64,000 bases of DNA from Chiloscyllium plagiosum (taxonomy: Eukaryota). The stretch covers positions 73,770,928-73,834,927 of the forward strand of contig NC_057719.1 in assembly GCF_004010195.1 (NCBI RefSeq), read 5' to 3'. The translations under genes were made by a program, and so were the position numbers. Shown in pieces: positions 63,116-64,000 of the stretch (its first letter is position 1; every line of letters begins with the position of its first letter). The notes below the pieces were generated by a model that saw only the letters and a list, made by a program, of their open reading frames with translations, was not told the DNA's origin and searched no databases.

Positions 63116-64000
63116 AAATTTGAATTTTGGAAAACTCCAAGAGAGTCTCTCATTGAGCGTATGTCACTGCGTATGAATACAAATTGTGCAAAATGACACA
63201 CAATTTCACAAGTTGTTAAATTCATGCTTGTAAACGTATCAACCATTTTATTCATTCCAATCTTAACAAACAACTGACTGTCTTGCTGATATGTGGATTT
63301 TGTTAAATTTATGTAAAAGTTGAATTCAGGAAAGCAGTTTGTATGCTGAATCTGATTACTCTGGTGAAACAATGGTGCCTAAGCAGCAGACTAGCTATTG
63401 TTTATACATTGCTTTTAGTCTGATGCTTGTATCTACTATTCTTGGCACTCAACAGTTGAAGGAGAATTTTTGTCCTTTAACTTGCGACATTAATGTGTTG
63501 ACTCTTCAAGCATCTTTATGTCTGCACAGGTCTACACATATTTGCATGGAGATAATGAGGACTCACGCCAATCAAAATCAAATTCTTCTGAAGCCACACA
63601 AGAAGAGCAGCTGGTAATCAGGCAGCATTTTCAGTGACTTTAAAAACAGATCCATTCACTTCTGACATTTCCCTTCAATTTCAACAACATCAAATCTGTT
63701 TTAACTGATGCTATGTTTTACTACTTGGGTTGAGATTGCTGCATTATCTAAGGAGTGTGACAGAATTATTGATTAAAAATGTAAGATGACTAAGCAGGAC
63801 AAATGTTTCCATTCTTCACGGCTTAAGTTCTGATTTCATAAGACAAATACATTCTAAGAGATTACCACCAATCTGGGTCAGAGGTTCAGACTGCTGGAAT
63901 CTGCTTATTTGATGGGGAAGAGGACAAAACAAAGCTTTATTTCATCTGGAATCAGATAAACTTCAATATTATTATTCGAAATGACTGCAATTCTAATTCA

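Noticed and set aside
1443..63617. About 200 short ORFs in the supplied track read as genes
   Set aside because: This is intron-containing vertebrate DNA. Only 5847-6164 and 7669-7950 overlap true exons in frame; the rest are LINE/SINE fragments or chance frames.
15097..64000. PLEKHG3, the tail-to-tail neighbour of SPTB in mammals
   Set aside because: No long terminal-exon ORF or RhoGEF/PH exon was recognised on the minus strand in this window.

Overview
This is eukaryotic DNA from a cartilaginous fish (shark-type HE1/Deu SINEs, CR1, L2, Tx1, Penelope-like and Harbinger relics). Most ORF-track entries are spurious or are retroelement fragments. The only host gene I can support is the 3' end of beta-I spectrin (SPTB, long PH-domain isoform) on the + strand. 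It has four coding exons (5886-6160, 7773-7946, 8886-8928, 14911-15096) that splice in frame, followed by about 6 kb of repeat-poor sequence (3' UTR and flank). The rest is intronic or intergenic and dense with repeats. The most notable hidden structure is about 10 short elements from at least three sequence families. Most carry a minimal type-I hammerhead ribozyme motif (CUGANGA-stem II-GAAA-palindromic stem III-UH), often in fold-back form, and some have target-site duplications. Two copies lie in tandem 368 nt apart, a retrozyme-like layout. Hammerheads in Penelope-like elements are a known phenomenon; whether these families and arrangements are described or active cannot be judged from the sequence. 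There are no CRISPR arrays, rRNA genes or true tRNA genes. Repeat boundaries were read by eye and are approximate.
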